Origin: Escherichia coli
GTDB lineage: Bacteria; Pseudomonadota; Gammaproteobacteria; Enterobacterales; Enterobacteriaceae
Length of the DNA stretch: 64,000 bases
Reading direction: 5' to 3' (one strand)
NCBI RefSeq assembly: GCF_003334385.1
Contig: NZ_QOWN01000025.1
This document shows, in pieces, positions 11,159-23,489 of this stretch. Each line of letters starts with the position of its first letter. Within the stretch, counting starts at the first letter, position 1. The translations under genes and the position numbers were made by a program. The notes beneath the pieces were generated by a model that was given only the letters and a program-made list of their open reading frames with translations, had not been told where the DNA came from and ran no database searches.

Positions 11159-14100
11159 TTATTCCGGGCGCGGCTTCAGCGGGAAGCGGCGGCGCACCAG
11201 CACAAAGAACAGCGGCACGAAGTAAATAGCCAGAATAGTGGCCGAAATCATCCCGCCCATTACGCCAGTACCCACCGCATGCTGACCACCGGAACCGGCA
11301 CCCGTGCTGGTTGCCATTGGCAATACGCCGAAGATAAATGCCAGCGAGGTCATCAGAATCGGGCGTAAACGCTGACGGCAGGCGTGGAGCGTCGCTTCAA
11401 ACAGGTCGTGGCCTTTTTGGTTCATCTCGTTAGCAAACTCGACGATCAGGATGGCGTTTTTCGCCGATAAACCAATGACCGTTAACAGGCCCACCTGGAA
11501 GTAAACGTCGTTTTCCAGCCCGCGCATCCAGGTTGCCAGCAGCGCGCCGATTACCCCCAGCGGCACGACCAGCATTACCGAGAACGGCACCGACCAGCTT
11601 TCATACAACGCAGCCAGACACAGGAATACCACCAGCAAGGAAATGGCGTACAGCGCCGGAGCCTGCGCGCCGGAAAGCCGCTCCTGATACGACATCGCCG
11701 TCCACTCCAGACCAAAGCCGTTTGGCAGCTGCTTCACTAACGATTCCATAATATCCATCGCCGTACCGGTACTGACCCCCGGTGCGGCTTCCCCAACAAT
11801 CTCAACCGCAGAATAACCGTTATAGCGTTCCAGACGCGGCGAGCCTGTTTCCCAGCGTGAGGTCGCGAAAGCAGAGAAGGGCACCATGCCGCCATCTTTA
11901 TTTCGGACATACCAGAGATTGATGTCATCTGGCAGCATGCGATACGGCGCAGCTGCCTGCACATAGACTTTCTTCACGCGACCGCGATCCATAAAGTCAT
12001 TCACATAGCTCGAACCCCAGGCGGTTTGCAGTGTGTCGTTAATATCGTCGATAGCAACGCCCAGCGCCTGAGCTTTACGCTGGTCGATATCAATCTGCAA
12101 CTGCGGACTGTCGTCGAGGCCGTTATGGCGCACACGGGTTAGCTCCGGGTTTTCCGCCGCCAGCGCCAGCAACTGATTACGTGCTGCCATCAGCGCATCG
12201 TGACCCGCTCCAGCGTGGTCCTGCAACTCCATATCAAAACCTGCAGAACTACCAAGACCGCTAATTGCTGGCGGGCTGCTGGCGATAACGCGAGCTTCTT
12301 TAATTTGGTTAAACGCCTTCGTTGCACGCTCGATAATGGCAAACGAGGTGCCGGTCTTACTGTCGCGTTCGCTCCAGTCTTTCAGGCGGATAAACATTCG
12401 CGCCACGTTTTGCCCGTTACCCCCAGGGCCAGAACCAACGGTGGCAAACACCGACATGATGTTGTCTTTTTCATGGGTGAAGTAGTATTTCTCGATTTGC
12501 TCAACGACTTTCAGGGTCTGTTGTTGCGTTGAACCGCTGGGCAACTGTACCGAGGTAGTAAACATGCCACGGTCTTCCAGCGGTAAGAACGACGTCGGCA
12601 AACGCAGGAACAGGAACACCATGCCGCCAAGCAGCAGGACATAAATCACAATCCAGCGCAGGCTACGGTGGAGAATTTTCGCCACCCCTTTTTCGTAGCG
12701 TTCGGCGTTGCGGTTAAACATCTGGTTAAACCAGGCAAAAAAGCCTTTTTGCCCATGATGCTCACCTTTTTTCAGTGGCTTAAGTAGTGTGGCACACAGA
12801 GCCGGAGTGAGGATCATCGCTACCAGTACTGACAGCACCATCGCCGCAACAATGGTAATAGAGAACTGGCGATAGATGGCACCGGTGGTGCCGCCGAAGA
12901 AGGCCATTGGTACAAATACCGCCGAAAGAACCATCGCAATCCCGACCAGTGCCCCCTGGATCTGCCCCATCGATTTACGTGTGGCTTCGCGAGGAGTGAG
13001 TCCTTCCTCACTCATAATACGTTCGACGTTTTCCACCACCACGATGGCGTCATCCACCAGCAGACCGATCGCCAGCACCATCGCGAACATGGTTAAGGTG
13101 TTGACGCTGTAACCGAAGGCGTAAAGTACGGAGAAGGTTCCCATCAACACCACCGGCACGGCGATAGTGGGTATCAGCGTGGCGCGGAAGTTTTGCAGGA
13201 ACAGATACATAACGAGGAAAACCAGAGCGATAGCTTCCAGCAGCGTTTTCACCACGTCTTCAATGGAGGCTTTAACAAACGAGGTGGTTTCATACGCCAC
13301 CTTGTATTCCAGTCCATGCGGGAAATACTGCGCCAGCTCGTCGAGACGATTGAGCACCAGCTCCGCTGTCGCCATTTCGTTAGCGCCGGAGGCCAGTTTT
13401 ACCCCCAGCCCGGAGGCTGGCTTACCATTGAAGCGGCTAAGATAATCGTATTTCTCCGCCCCCATTTCGACGGTGGCGACATCGCCCAGCCTTACCTCTG
13501 AGCCGTCCTGATTGACCCGCAAGGTGATATCGCGGAACTGTTCTGGTGTTTGCAGCAGTGACTGGGCGTTAATGGTGGCGTTGAGCGCCTGCTTATCGAC
13601 GGAAGGTGTACCACCAAGTTGCCCAACCGCAATCTGCGCGTTCTGTGACTCAATGGCATCAGTGACATCTTTAGCCGTCATCTGGAAACTGTTGAGTTTC
13701 GCCGGGTCCAGCCAGATACGCATGGAATATTGCGAACCATAGGCATCGATATCCCCGACGCCATTCACGCGGCTTAACGGGTCCTGAATATTACTGGCAA
13801 CATAATCAGCAATATCCTGTTTATCCATCGAACCATCGGTAGAGACGAAGGCAATGGTCAGAATGTTGGTATCGCCGGTTTTACGCACCGTCACGCCCTG
13901 ATTTTGCACCGCCTGCGGTAACTTTCGCATGGCTGATTGCAGCTGGTTTTGTACTTGCTGCACGGCTTCGTCCGGATCGGTGCCTGCTTTAAAACTTAAA
14001 GTGACAGATGCCTGACCGGTGCCACTGCTCTGAGATGACATATACATGAGATTATCGAGGCCGGTCATATTTTGCTCGATAACCTGGGTCACGGTGTTTT

Positions 14101-14272
14101 CCAGCGTCTGGGCCGATGCGCCGGGATAGTTAGCGGTCACTCGCACATTCGGTGGCGCGAGATCGGGGTATTGTTCAACGGGCAATGAAAAAATCGCCAG
14201 GGTACCTGTCAGACACAACAGGATTGCCAGCACCCAGGCAAAAATGGGGCGATCAATAAAGAAATTCGCCAT
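11159..14272 (-). CDS. acrD: RND-family aminoglycoside efflux pump
   Basis: 1037 aa, 12-TM RND transporter ([19 protein letters not shown]...). Confidence 0.9.
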   Translation of the reverse strand: MANFFIDRPIFAWVLAILLCLTGTLAIFSLPVEQYPDLAPPNVRVTANYPGASAQTLENTVTQVIEQNMTGLDNLMYMSSQSSGTGQASVTLSFKAGTDPDEAVQQVQNQLQSAMRKLPQAVQNQGVTVRKTGDTNILTIAFVSTDGSMDKQDIADYVASNIQDPLSRVNGVGDIDAYGSQYSMRIWLDPAKLNSFQMTAKDVTDAIESQNAQIAVGQLGGTPSVDKQALNATINAQSLLQTPEQFRDITLRVNQDGSEVRLGDVATVEMGAEKYDYLSRFNGKPASGLGVKLASGANEMATAELVLNRLDELAQYFPHGLEYKVAYETTSFVKASIEDVVKTLLEAIALVFLVMYLFLQNFRATLIPTIAVPVVLMGTFSVLYAFGYSVNTLTMFAMVLAIGLLVDDAIVVVENVERIMSEEGLTPREATRKSMGQIQGALVGIAMVLSAVFVPMAFFGGTTGAIYRQFSITIVAAMVLSVLVAMILTPALCATLLKPLKKGEHHGQKGFFAWFNQMFNRNAERYEKGVAKILHRSLRWIVIYVLLLGGMVFLFLRLPTSFLPLEDRGMFTTSVQLPSGSTQQQTLKVVEQIEKYYFTHEKDNIMSVFATVGSGPGGNGQNVARMFIRLKDWSERDSKTGTSFAIIERATKAFNQIKEARVIASSPPAISGLGSSAGFDMELQDHAGAGHDALMAARNQLLALAAENPELTRVRHNGLDDSPQLQIDIDQRKAQALGVAIDDINDTLQTAWGSSYVNDFMDRGRVKKVYVQAAAPYRMLPDDINLWYVRNKDGGMVPFSAFATSRWETGSPRLERYNGYSAVEIVGEAAPGVSTGTAMDIMESLVKQLPNGFGLEWTAMSYQERLSGAQAPALYAISLLVVFLCLAALYESWSVPFSVMLVVPLGVIGALLATWMRGLENDVYFQVGLLTVIGLSAKNAILIVEFANEMNQKGHDLFEATLHACRQRLRPILMTSLAFIFGVLPMATSTGAGSGGQHAVGTGVMGGMISATILAIYFVPLFFVLVRRRFPLKPRPE

Positions 14273-14435
14273 TAAAAGAGGACCTCGTGTTTCTGCGTAT
14301 CGTTGTAGGCTTGACTTGCTTCACTGTAGCGGCAAGGTACGAGCCAATCGTGGAGAAAAAAAGGAGTTAATGTAAATTATCATGCCCTTTTATACTGAAC
14401 CTTAAGTGCAAGTATTCTTTGGTCAGTAGGAGGCA

Positions 14436-16136
14436 TTACATTAACTGACTTTCCTCACCCTCCGCAGAGCGAAAGCTAATACTCACTAACGTGCCGCCGC
14501 CGGAAGGTTGTGAAAAAGTCAGCGTCCCACCTAGCCGTTCCGCGCGTTCGCGCATGATATTCAGACCATAATGACCTTCGGGTTCTTTCGGTTCACCGAT
14601 ACCAATCCCGTTATCACGGATATAAACCGTGTGATTGCCGTCCGGCGCGGTGACGCAACTGACGGCGATTTCGCTGGCGTTGGCGTGCTTCATCGCATTC
14701 AGCACCGCTTCGCGAATAATTTGCAACAAATGCACCTGCATTTGCGCATCCAGTGCCAGGGTTGGCAGACGGCAGTCGAGGGTCAGTTTGGCGCTGGTTT
14801 GATTTTGTAACGTATCCAGCATTTCCCTCAATGCGGAGGGGAGATCCGCCTGCTGCAGCGTCAGGCGGAAAGTAGTCAACAGCTCGCGTAACTGCCGATA
14901 AGCATCATTCAACGCCTGGGAAAAATCGGCCATGATACTTTGTGCGGTGGCGTTATCTTCCGGTATCGAACGCTTCAGTAACGTCAACTGGATACGTAAG
15001 TAAGAAAGTACCTGAGCCAGCGAGTCGTGCAATTCGCGGGCGATGGTCGCACGTTCTTCCATCAACAATAATTGCTGAAAATGCTTCTGCGCCTGATTAA
15101 AGTACAAACCGCGTCCCAGCATCGACGAAACGCTGTTAAGCAGCGGTTCTGATGATGAAACGTGACTATTTTGCCAGTGCAGTTCGCCGTAAACCGTCTC
15201 TTGCATTGTCACCGGTAAAATCTGCATCGGCAATTCCGGGTTTGGTTGCCCTTCGCTAATCCGCCAGTTTTCACCGACATTTAACTCCAGATATTCAGCC
15301 GCTTCATTGTCGCGAACAATCTGCAAAATATGGCGGAAACAATGCACATCAATCTGGCTAGTGTTCAGCGCCTGCGAACACTGATACAACACCTCCAGAC
15401 GACGCTTGGCCTCGTGGAGATCGCGGGTCTTTTCTTCTACTGACGCTTCCAGCGAACGGTACAATTTATGCAGCTCGCTCGACATCTGGTTAAAGGTTTT
15501 TGCAAGCAGACCAAGCTCATTCGGCAGGTTGGTATCCAGCGGCGGCGAGTCGAACTGCCCGTGTTCAATACGCTGACTGGCGGTAACCAGCTGATTCAGC
15601 GGGGCAACCACCTGATGGCGTATGCGGCGCAAAGTAAAAAAGACCAGCGTGAAAATACCGATGCCGCCAGCCAGGGAAATCGCCACCACCAGCAGCATTT
15701 TGCGTTCAGCGTAGTGCTGTAAAGCCAGTACGAACAGGTCTATCTGATTAACATAATTATTAATATTGGCCTGATACCACGGCAAATCGCCCTTGCTGAG
15801 CCGATTATTCATCTCCAGCCAGTTGGCATTCAGATGCGCATAGCGAGTTTTTACTGCTTCTGGCACATACCAGACGTTGAGGTTGGTTAATACCGGTGAA
15901 TGCAGTGCCTGCTGAAATAACTGGCGATGTGCATTGAGTTGTGGACTGCCACTTTGCAAGTCGTAGCCCAGGCGGTAACTCTGCATACGCAGCGATCCGG
16001 CAATATTGATAGCCTCAGCGTCGCGCAAACTGCTCGCCAGAGTTAGCAGAGCGATACCCGTGGAAAGAATCGACAGCAGCACAATGTAAAAAAAGGCCCG
16101 GGCCAGACTGGCCGAGACGGGTCGTTTAACAATCAC
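14436..16136 (-). CDS. narQ: nitrate/nitrite sensor histidine kinase
   Basis: ORF 14436..16151; GTG at 16136 with GGAGAAG RBS gives (M)IVKRPVSASLAR (566 aa); HAMP, H-box (ELHDSLAQ) and ATPase domains. Confidence 0.9.
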   Translation of the reverse strand: MIVKRPVSASLARAFFYIVLLSILSTGIALLTLASSLRDAEAINIAGSLRMQSYRLGYDLQSGSPQLNAHRQLFQQALHSPVLTNLNVWYVPEAVKTRYAHLNANWLEMNNRLSKGDLPWYQANINNYVNQIDLFVLALQHYAERKMLLVVAISLAGGIGIFTLVFFTLRRIRHQVVAPLNQLVTASQRIEHGQFDSPPLDTNLPNELGLLAKTFNQMSSELHKLYRSLEASVEEKTRDLHEAKRRLEVLYQCSQALNTSQIDVHCFRHILQIVRDNEAAEYLELNVGENWRISEGQPNPELPMQILPVTMQETVYGELHWQNSHVSSSEPLLNSVSSMLGRGLYFNQAQKHFQQLLLMEERATIARELHDSLAQVLSYLRIQLTLLKRSIPEDNATAQSIMADFSQALNDAYRQLRELLTTFRLTLQQADLPSALREMLDTLQNQTSAKLTLDCRLPTLALDAQMQVHLLQIIREAVLNAMKHANASEIAVSCVTAPDGNHTVYIRDNGIGIGEPKEPEGHYGLNIMRERAERLGGTLTFSQPSGGGTLVSISFRSAEGEESQLM

Positions 16137-16341
16137 ACGCGTCTTCTCCACAAAAAATCATTAATGTTCCAGTTCGCTGAAACGCAATTTAGTCAGTGAT
16201 GGGATTATTTGATCTGCCACAGTTTATAGCGAAATAGTTACTTATTCTGGGCACATGAACATTGCCGATTCCCCTGTAAGTCGGGTAATAACAACACTCA
16301 TATAAAGAATAAGGTTTTTACAACCAAAAAAGAAGGTCGTT

Positions 16342-18321
16342 ATGAATCGTTTTATTATGGCCAACAGTCAGCAATGTCTGGGTTGTCATGCTTGTGAAAT
16401 CGCCTGTGTCATGGCTCACAATGATGAGCAACATGTCCTGAGCCAACACCATTTTCATCCCCGAATTACGGTTATCAAACATCAACAGCAACGTAGTGCA
16501 GTGACCTGTCACCATTGTGAAGATGCGCCCTGCGCCCGTAGCTGCCCTAATGGCGCAATCAGCCACGTTGATGACAGCATTCAGGTCAATCAGCAAAAGT
16601 GTATTGGCTGTAAATCCTGCGTGGTGGCCTGTCCTTTTGGTACGATGCAAATCGTCCTGACACCCGTCGCGGCAGGAAAAGTAAAAGCCACGGCGCATAA
16701 ATGCGACCTTTGTGCGGGGCGCGAAAACGGTCCTGCCTGTGTTGAGAATTGCCCGGCGGACGCGCTGCAACTGGTCACTGACGTCGCACTCTCCGGCATG
16801 GCGAAATCCCGCCGCTTGCGCACCGCGCGTCAGGAACATCAACCGTGGCATGCCAGTACCGCGGCGCAAGAAATGCCGGTAATGAGTAAAGTCGAACAAA
16901 TGCAGGCAACGCCCGCGCGTGGCGAGCCGGATAAACTGGCGATTGAAGCGCGCAAAACCGGTTTTGATGAAATTTATCTGCCATTTCGCGCCGACCAGGC
17001 ACAACGGGAAGCCTCGCGCTGCCTTAAGTGCGGCGAGCACAGCGTTTGTGAATGGACCTGCCCGCTGCATAACCATATACCGCAGTGGATTGAACTGGTG
17101 AAAGCCGGAAACATCGACGCCGCCGTCGAGCTTTCTCACCAGACCAACACCCTGCCGGAAATTACCGGACGCGTTTGTCCGCAAGACCGTTTGTGTGAAG
17201 GTGCCTGTACTATTCGCGATGAGCACGGCGCGGTAACTATCGGCAACATTGAACGCTACATTTCAGATCAGGCGTTGGCGAAAGGTTGGCGTCCTGACTT
17301 AAGCCATGTCACCAAAGTGGACAAGCGGGTGGCGATTATCGGTGCAGGTCCGGCAGGGCTGGCCTGTGCGGATGTTCTGACCCGCAATGGCGTGGGGGTG
17401 ACGGTGTACGATCGCCATCCAGAAATCGGTGGCTTGCTCACTTTCGGCATTCCTTCTTTCAAACTGGATAAATCCCTGCTGGCACGCCGTCGGGAAATCT
17501 TCAGCGCGATGGGGATTCACTTCGAACTCAATTGTGAAGTGGGTAAAGATGTCTCTTTGGATTCGCTTTTGGAACAATACGACGCGGTCTTCGTTGGCGT
17601 AGGCACTTACCGTTCCATGAAAGCGGGTTTACCCAATGAAGATGCGCCGGGCGTTTATGACGCGCTGCCGTTCCTCATTGCCAACACTAAACAGGTGATG
17701 GGGCTCGAAGAGCTACCGGAAGAGCCGTTTATCAATACCGCCGGACTTAACGTCGTGGTACTGGGCGGCGGCGACACCGCGATGGACTGTGTGCGTACCG
17801 CACTGCGCCACGGCGCGAGTAACGTCACCTGCGCTTATCGTCGTGATGAAGCTAACATGCCAGGCTCGAAGAAAGAAGTGAAGAACGCCCGCGAAGAGGG
17901 GGCCAACTTCGAATTTAACGTCCAGCCGGTGGCGCTTGAGCTGAATGAACAAGGTCACGTCTGCGGGATTCGTTTCCTGCGCACGCGTCTTGGAGAGCCG
18001 GATGCCCAGGGGCGTCGGCGTCCAGTGCCGGTGGAAGGCAGTGAATTTGTCATGCCAGCCGACGCGGTGATTATGGCGTTTGGCTTCAATCCGCACGGGA
18101 TGCCGTGGCTGGAGTCGCACGGTGTAACGGTAGACAAATGGGGCCGCATCATCGCGGATGTGGAAAGCCAGTACCGTTACCAGACCACCAATCCGAAAAT
18201 CTTCGCTGGTGGTGACGCCGTGCGTGGTGCGGATCTGGTGGTTACCGCAATGGCAGAAGGACGTCATGCGGCACAGGGGATTATTGACTGGCTGGGGGTA
18301 AAATCAGTCAAATCTCACTGA
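16342..18321 (+). CDS. aegA: putative oxidoreductase, Fe-S plus FAD/NAD(P)-binding subunit
   Basis: 659 aa; N-terminal 4Fe-4S ferredoxin cysteine clusters, C-terminal GltD-like domain with GAGPAG dinucleotide motif. Confidence 0.9.
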   Translation: MNRFIMANSQQCLGCHACEIACVMAHNDEQHVLSQHHFHPRITVIKHQQQRSAVTCHHCEDAPCARSCPNGAISHVDDSIQVNQQKCIGCKSCVVACPFGTMQIVLTPVAAGKVKATAHKCDLCAGRENGPACVENCPADALQLVTDVALSGMAKSRRLRTARQEHQPWHASTAAQEMPVMSKVEQMQATPARGEPDKLAIEARKTGFDEIYLPFRADQAQREASRCLKCGEHSVCEWTCPLHNHIPQWIELVKAGNIDAAVELSHQTNTLPEITGRVCPQDRLCEGACTIRDEHGAVTIGNIERYISDQALAKGWRPDLSHVTKVDKRVAIIGAGPAGLACADVLTRNGVGVTVYDRHPEIGGLLTFGIPSFKLDKSLLARRREIFSAMGIHFELNCEVGKDVSLDSLLEQYDAVFVGVGTYRSMKAGLPNEDAPGVYDALPFLIANTKQVMGLEELPEEPFINTAGLNVVVLGGGDTAMDCVRTALRHGASNVTCAYRRDEANMPGSKKEVKNAREEGANFEFNVQPVALELNEQGHVCGIRFLRTRLGEPDAQGRRRPVPVEGSEFVMPADAVIMAFGFNPHGMPWLESHGVTVDKWGRIIADVESQYRYQTTNPKIFAGGDAVRGADLVVTAMAEGRHAAQGIIDWLGVKSVKSH

Positions 18322-18339
18322 TAGCCTGCGCAGACAAAC

Positions 18340-18387
18340 CCGACTTCACAGCGTAAGATAATTGTTCATTTCGCGCTGTGGAGTCGG
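18340..18387 (+). promoter_or_regulatory. RNA hairpin sequestering the nudK Shine-Dalgarno
   Basis: CCGACTTCACAGCG ... CGCTGTGGAGTCGG: 14-bp stem (one G-U pair), 20-nt loop; 3' arm contains GGAG and ends 1 nt before the nudK ATG. Confidence 0.4.
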
Positions 18388-18388
18388 T

Positions 18389-18964
18389 ATGACGCAACAA
18401 ATCACCCTCATTAAAGACAAAATTCTCTCCGATAACTATTTCACCCTGCACAACATTACTTACGATCTCACGCGCAAAGACGGCGAAGTTATCCGCCATA
18501 AACGTGAAGTGTACGATCGCGGCAATGGTGCGACGATCCTCCTGTACAACACGAAGAAAAAGACCGTGGTTCTGATTCGTCAGTTCCGTGTCGCTACCTG
18601 GGTTAATGGCAATGAAAGCGGGCAGCTGATTGAAAGCTGCGCCGGGCTGCTGGATAACGACGAACCGGAAGTGTGTATTCGCAAAGAAGCGATTGAAGAG
18701 ACGGGCTATGAAGTGGGTGAAGTGCGCAAATTATTTGAACTGTATATGTCGCCAGGCGGTGTGACTGAGCTAATCCACTTTTTTATCGCCGAATACAGTG
18801 ACAATCAGCGCGCTAACGCCGGTGGCGGTGTCGAAGATGAAGATATTGAAGTGCTCGAGCTGCCGTTCAGCCAGGCGCTGGAGATGATCAAAACCGGCGA
18901 GATACGTGACGGTAAGACGGTGTTATTGCTTAACTATTTGCAAACGTCACATTTAATGGACTGA
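18389..18964 (+). CDS. nudK: GDP-mannose pyrophosphatase (Nudix hydrolase)
   Basis: ORF 18362..18964; ATG 18389 gives [11 protein letters not shown] (191 aa); Nudix-box-like [21 protein letters not shown]. Confidence 0.85.
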   Translation: MTQQITLIKDKILSDNYFTLHNITYDLTRKDGEVIRHKREVYDRGNGATILLYNTKKKTVVLIRQFRVATWVNGNESGQLIESCAGLLDNDEPEVCIRKEAIEETGYEVGEVRKLFELYMSPGGVTELIHFFIAEYSDNQRANAGGGVEDEDIEVLELPFSQALEMIKTGEIRDGKTVLLLNYLQTSHLMD

Positions 18965-19089
18965 AAAATAACAATAATATTTCGTTGTTTATTATTGGCT
19001 CAATCCGACAAATCCGATTGAGCCGCGCTACCTGCGCAACGAAGATACGACTTGTGCTGTTTGTTTGAACTTCTGGGGTCGTACCGTCC

Positions 19090-20133
19090 ATGCGCTATCG
19101 CATTTTCCTTCTCTTTTTTTTCGCTTTGTTGCCGACGTCTTTGGTGTGGGCGGCACCAGCGCAACGGGCGTTTTCCGACTGGCAGGTCACCTGTAATAAC
19201 CAAAATTTCTGCGTGGCGCGTAATACGGGCGATCATAATGGACTGGTGATGACCCTGAGCCGCAGCGCCGGGGCGCATACCGATGCCGTTTTACGTATTG
19301 AGCGCGGCGGATTGAAGTCGCCGGAGGCGTCAGAAGGGGAGATAGCGCCACGGCTGCTGTTAGATGGCGAGCCGTTGGCGTTAAGTGGTGACAAGTGGCG
19401 GATTTCACCATGGTTATTAGTAACCGATGATACGGCAACCATCACCGCGTTTTTGCAGATGATTCAGGAAGGGAAGGCAATCACCTTACGCGATGGCGAT
19501 CAGACCATTTCTCTGAGTGGCTTAAAAGCAGCGTTGTTGTTTATTGATGCTCAGCAAAAGCGCGTTGGCAGTGAAACCGCGTGGATCAAGAAAGGGGACG
19601 AACCGCCGCTCAGCGTACCGCCCGCGCCTGCGCTGAAAGAGGTCGCGGTGGTTAACCCAACGCCGACGCCACTCTCACTCGAAGAACGCAACGATTTGCT
19701 GGATTATGGAAACTGGCGGATGAATGGTCTGCGCTGCTCGCTTGATCCATTGCGTCGTGAGGTGAATGTCACTGCGCTGACTGATGATAAAGCGCTGATG
19801 ATGATTAGCTGTGAGGCAGGGGCCTATAACACCATTGATTTGGCATGGATTGTGTCGCGTAAAAAGCCACTAGCTTCGCGCCCGGTTCGGTTGCGTTTGC
19901 CGTTCAACAACGGTCAGGAGACGAATGAACTGGAACTGATGAACGCAACATTTGATGAGAAATCGCGTGAACTGGTGACCTTAGCGAAAGGGCGCGGATT
20001 AAGCGATTGTGGCATTCAGGCGCGCTGGCGCTTTGACGGTCAGCGTTTTCGCCTGGTGCGTTACGCCGCAGAACCCACCTGCGATAACTGGCATGGGCCA
20101 GACGCCTGGCCCACGTTGTGGATCACCCGTTAA
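19090..20133 (+). CDS. ypfG: DUF1176-family periplasmic protein
   Basis: 347 aa; N-terminal signal peptide MRYRIFLLFFFALLPTSLVWAAP. Confidence 0.8.
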   Translation: MRYRIFLLFFFALLPTSLVWAAPAQRAFSDWQVTCNNQNFCVARNTGDHNGLVMTLSRSAGAHTDAVLRIERGGLKSPEASEGEIAPRLLLDGEPLALSGDKWRISPWLLVTDDTATITAFLQMIQEGKAITLRDGDQTISLSGLKAALLFIDAQQKRVGSETAWIKKGDEPPLSVPPAPALKEVAVVNPTPTPLSLEERNDLLDYGNWRMNGLRCSLDPLRREVNVTALTDDKALMMISCEAGAYNTIDLAWIVSRKKPLASRPVRLRLPFNNGQETNELELMNATFDEKSRELVTLAKGRGLSDCGIQARWRFDGQRFRLVRYAAEPTCDNWHGPDAWPTLWITR

Positions 20134-20149
20134 ACAAAATGGCGGGACA

Positions 20150-20232
20150 TGTAGGCCGGATAAGACGCTGTAGGCCGGATAAGACGCGTCAGCGTCGCAT
20201 CCGGCAATCAGCATCCGGCAATCACCATCAGG
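20150..20232. repeat. REP/BIME cluster
   Basis: TAGGCCGGATAAGACGC repeated, then GACGCGTCAGCGTCGCATCCGGCA; between convergent ypfG and tktB. Confidence 0.6.
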
Positions 20233-22231
20233 CACCTTTCACTCCCAGCACCTTATGCGCTTTTGCCACAATATTCTCGGCGGTAAAGCCAAAGAACGGG
20301 AACAGCTTATCCGCCGGAGCAGATTCCCCGTAACCCGTCATCCCGACAATTGCCCCTTTCAGACCAACATACTTGTACCAGTAATCGGCAATACCTGCTT
20401 CCACCGCCACGCGAGCCGCAACGTTAGAAGGCAACACCGACTCCCGATATTCCTCATCCTGGGCGTCGAAAATATCGGTCGAGGGCAGGGAAACTACGCG
20501 TACATTGCGACCTTCTCCTGCTAATTTCTCTGCCGCTTGCAGGGTAATTTCCATCTCTGAACCGGTGGCAATCAGAATAATATCTGGCTTACCGCCGCTG
20601 TCTTTCAGCACATAACCGCCACGAGCAATCTCTTTAACCTGATCCGGCGTACGTTCCACCTGGGCCAGATTCTGCCTTGAGAGGATCAGTGCCGTCGGTC
20701 CGTTGTGGCGCTCAACCGCCAGCTTCCAGCCCACCGCCGCTTCCACCTGATCGCACGGTCGCCAGGTGCTGAAATTTGGCGTTAAGCGCAGGCTGGCCAG
20801 TTGCTCAACAGCCTGGTGCGTCGGACCATCTTCGCCCAGGCCAATTGAGTCGTGGGTATAAACCATAATCTGCCGCGCTTTCATCAGTGCCGCCATCCGC
20901 GCGGCGTTACGGGCGTATTCAACAAACATCAGGAACGTCGCGGTATACGGCACAAAGCCGCCGTGGTGCGCGATGCCGTTGGCGATAGCGGTCATGCCAA
21001 ATTCACGCACCCCGTAGTGAATGTAGTTGCCCGCTGGATCTTCCTTCAGCGAAACAGAACCTTTCCAGATGGTCAGGTTGCTGGGAGCCAGATCCGCCGA
21101 ACCGCCGAGCAACTCAGGCAGCATCGGCCCGTAAGCGTTAAGCGTATTTTGCGAAGCCTTACGGGTAGCGATTTTCGCCGGATTTGCCTGTAACTCATTG
21201 ATATATTTCTGAGTCGTTTTCTCCCAGTCCTTCGGTAAACCACCGCTCATCCGTCGGGTAAACTCTTCTGCCAGTTGCGGATGAGCCTTTTTATAGGCGG
21301 CAAACTTCTCATTCCAGCTCTGCTGCGCTTTTTCGCCTTTTTCACGGGCATCCCAGGCGTGATAAATCTCTTTAGGGATCTCAAATGGCGGATGGTGCCA
21401 GCCCAGTTTTTGCCGTGCCAGCGCCACTTCTTCTTCCCCCAGTGGTGCGCCGTGCGCCTCTTCCTTACCTGCTTTATTCGGCGAACCAAAGCCAATCACC
21501 GTACGGCAGATAATCAGCGACGGCTTATCTTTCACGCTTTGCGCTTCAAGGATCGCTTCCTTCACCGCCTGCGGATCGTGACCGTCGATTTCATGGATCA
21601 CATGCCAGTGATAGGCTTCAAAACGTTTTGCCGTATCGTCGGTAAACCAGCCTTCTGTTTCACCGTCGATGGAAATACCGTTGTGATCGTAAAAACCAAT
21701 CAGCTTGCCCAGTCCCAGCGTGCCTGCCAGCGAACAGACTTCGTGGGAAATACCTTCCATCAGGCAGCCGTCGCCCATAAACACATAGGTGAAGTGATCG
21801 ACGATCTCATGGTCTGGCTGGTTAAACTGCGCCGCCAGTGTACGCTCTGCTATCGCCAGCCCGACGGCGTTCGCCAAACCTTGTCCAAGCGGGCCGGTGG
21901 TGGTTTCAACGCCTGGCGTATAGCCAATCTCCGGGTGGCCTGGGGTTTTCGAATGCAACTGACGGAAGTTCTTCAGTTCTTCCAGCGGCAGGTCGTAACC
22001 GGTCAGATGTAGCAAACTGTAGAGCAGCATCGACGCGTGACCGTTGGAAAGAATAAAGCGGTCGCGATCATACCAGGTTGGGTCGGTAGGGTTATGTTTA
22101 AGAAAATCGTTCCACAGCACTTCGGCAATATCAGCCATGCCCATCGGCGCGCCGGGATGACCAGAGTTGGCTTTTTGTACCGCATCCATACTGAGTGCGC
22201 GAATCGCATTGGCAAGGTCTTTTCGGGACAT
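20228..22231 (-). CDS. tktB: transketolase 2
   Basis: ORF 20228..22294; ATG 22231 gives [18 protein letters not shown] (667 aa). Confidence 0.9.
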   Translation of the reverse strand: MSRKDLANAIRALSMDAVQKANSGHPGAPMGMADIAEVLWNDFLKHNPTDPTWYDRDRFILSNGHASMLLYSLLHLTGYDLPLEELKNFRQLHSKTPGHPEIGYTPGVETTTGPLGQGLANAVGLAIAERTLAAQFNQPDHEIVDHFTYVFMGDGCLMEGISHEVCSLAGTLGLGKLIGFYDHNGISIDGETEGWFTDDTAKRFEAYHWHVIHEIDGHDPQAVKEAILEAQSVKDKPSLIICRTVIGFGSPNKAGKEEAHGAPLGEEEVALARQKLGWHHPPFEIPKEIYHAWDAREKGEKAQQSWNEKFAAYKKAHPQLAEEFTRRMSGGLPKDWEKTTQKYINELQANPAKIATRKASQNTLNAYGPMLPELLGGSADLAPSNLTIWKGSVSLKEDPAGNYIHYGVREFGMTAIANGIAHHGGFVPYTATFLMFVEYARNAARMAALMKARQIMVYTHDSIGLGEDGPTHQAVEQLASLRLTPNFSTWRPCDQVEAAVGWKLAVERHNGPTALILSRQNLAQVERTPDQVKEIARGGYVLKDSGGKPDIILIATGSEMEITLQAAEKLAGEGRNVRVVSLPSTDIFDAQDEEYRESVLPSNVAARVAVEAGIADYWYKYVGLKGAIVGMTGYGESAPADKLFPFFGFTAENIVAKAHKVLGVKGA

Positions 22232-22250
22232 ATAACACTCCGTGGCTGGT

Positions 22251-23201
22251 TTATAGTTTGGCGGCAAGAAGATCTTCCAGTTTGCGTTGATCAACGGCGA
22301 ACAGACGAATGCCTTCAGACAGTTTTTCTACCGCCATCGCATCCTGATTGTGCTCCCAACGGAACTCCGCTTCGCTCATGGGAGCTGGGCGTGGGAACGT
22401 CTGAGAAGGTGGGATTAATTTACGTACCACTGGCGAAACTTTTTCCTGCAGCTCCTTCAGTAAATTCGGTGCGATAGTCAGTCGATCGCAGCCGGTTAAG
22501 GCGAGGATTTGTTCGGTGCGACGGAAGCTCGCGCCCATCACAATGGTTTCATAGTGGTGTTGCTTATAGTAGTCGTAGATATTGCGCACCGATTTAACGC
22601 CCGGATCTTCTTCCACCACATACGGGTCCATCGGCTTGCGTGCCTGATACCAGTCATAAATACGCCCGACAAACGGCGAAATCAGAAAAACGCCTGCTTC
22701 CGCACAGGCCCGTGCCTGTGCAAAAGAAAACAGCAGCGTCAGGTTGCAGTTAATACCTTCTTTTTCCAGCTCTTCTGCCGCGCGAATTCCTTCCCAGGTC
22801 GAAGCCAGCTTGATCAGAATGCGTGATTTCTCAACGCCTTGTTGCTGATACAAGTCCACCAGATGGCGCGCCTTCTCAATACTCTTTTCTTTATCAAAAG
22901 AGAGGCGTGCATCAACTTCTGTTGACACGCGACCGGGTACGATTTTGAGGATTTCAGCACCGAAATTGACCGCCAGTTTGTCACACGCTGCGACCACCTG
23001 TTGTTCCTGGGTCTTGCCATTTTTTTTACCCCAGGCGATAGCATCGTCTATTAAATGCTCATATTGTGATAATCCGGCAGCTTTGAGTAACAGCGAAGGA
23101 TTGGTGGTGGCATCCTGGGGATGATAATGGCGAATGGACTCAATATCGCCGCTGTCTGCCACGACAGTGGTGAACTGTTTGATGCCGTCTAACTCGTTCA
23201 T
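22251..23201 (-). CDS. talA: transaldolase A
   Basis: 316 aa ([19 protein letters not shown]); AAGGAG RBS. Confidence 0.9.
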   Translation of the reverse strand: MNELDGIKQFTTVVADSGDIESIRHYHPQDATTNPSLLLKAAGLSQYEHLIDDAIAWGKKNGKTQEQQVVAACDKLAVNFGAEILKIVPGRVSTEVDARLSFDKEKSIEKARHLVDLYQQQGVEKSRILIKLASTWEGIRAAEELEKEGINCNLTLLFSFAQARACAEAGVFLISPFVGRIYDWYQARKPMDPYVVEEDPGVKSVRNIYDYYKQHHYETIVMGASFRRTEQILALTGCDRLTIAPNLLKELQEKVSPVVRKLIPPSQTFPRPAPMSEAEFRWEHNQDAMAVEKLSEGIRLFAVDQRKLEDLLAAKL

Positions 23202-23489
23202 AGGAAATACTCCTTGAAAAGTAAAGTGTTAGATGAGTGCGTTAATTCACACTTCTGAGAAATTTCGCTAAACGCATCAAAAAAGCATAGCAGACAGGCA
23301 TGGTATTGCTGGATTAAGCAGGTAACATCAGTGTTATAGGATTATTACCAAAACATTATATTAATGGTGAGAGTTTGGACTTGCTCAAAGTCTGTAGACT
23401 CCGGCAGGGTAATAATGTGCGCCACGTTGTGGGCAGGGGCTGTTGCCCACACACTTTATTTGTGAACGTTACGTGAAAGGAACAACCAA

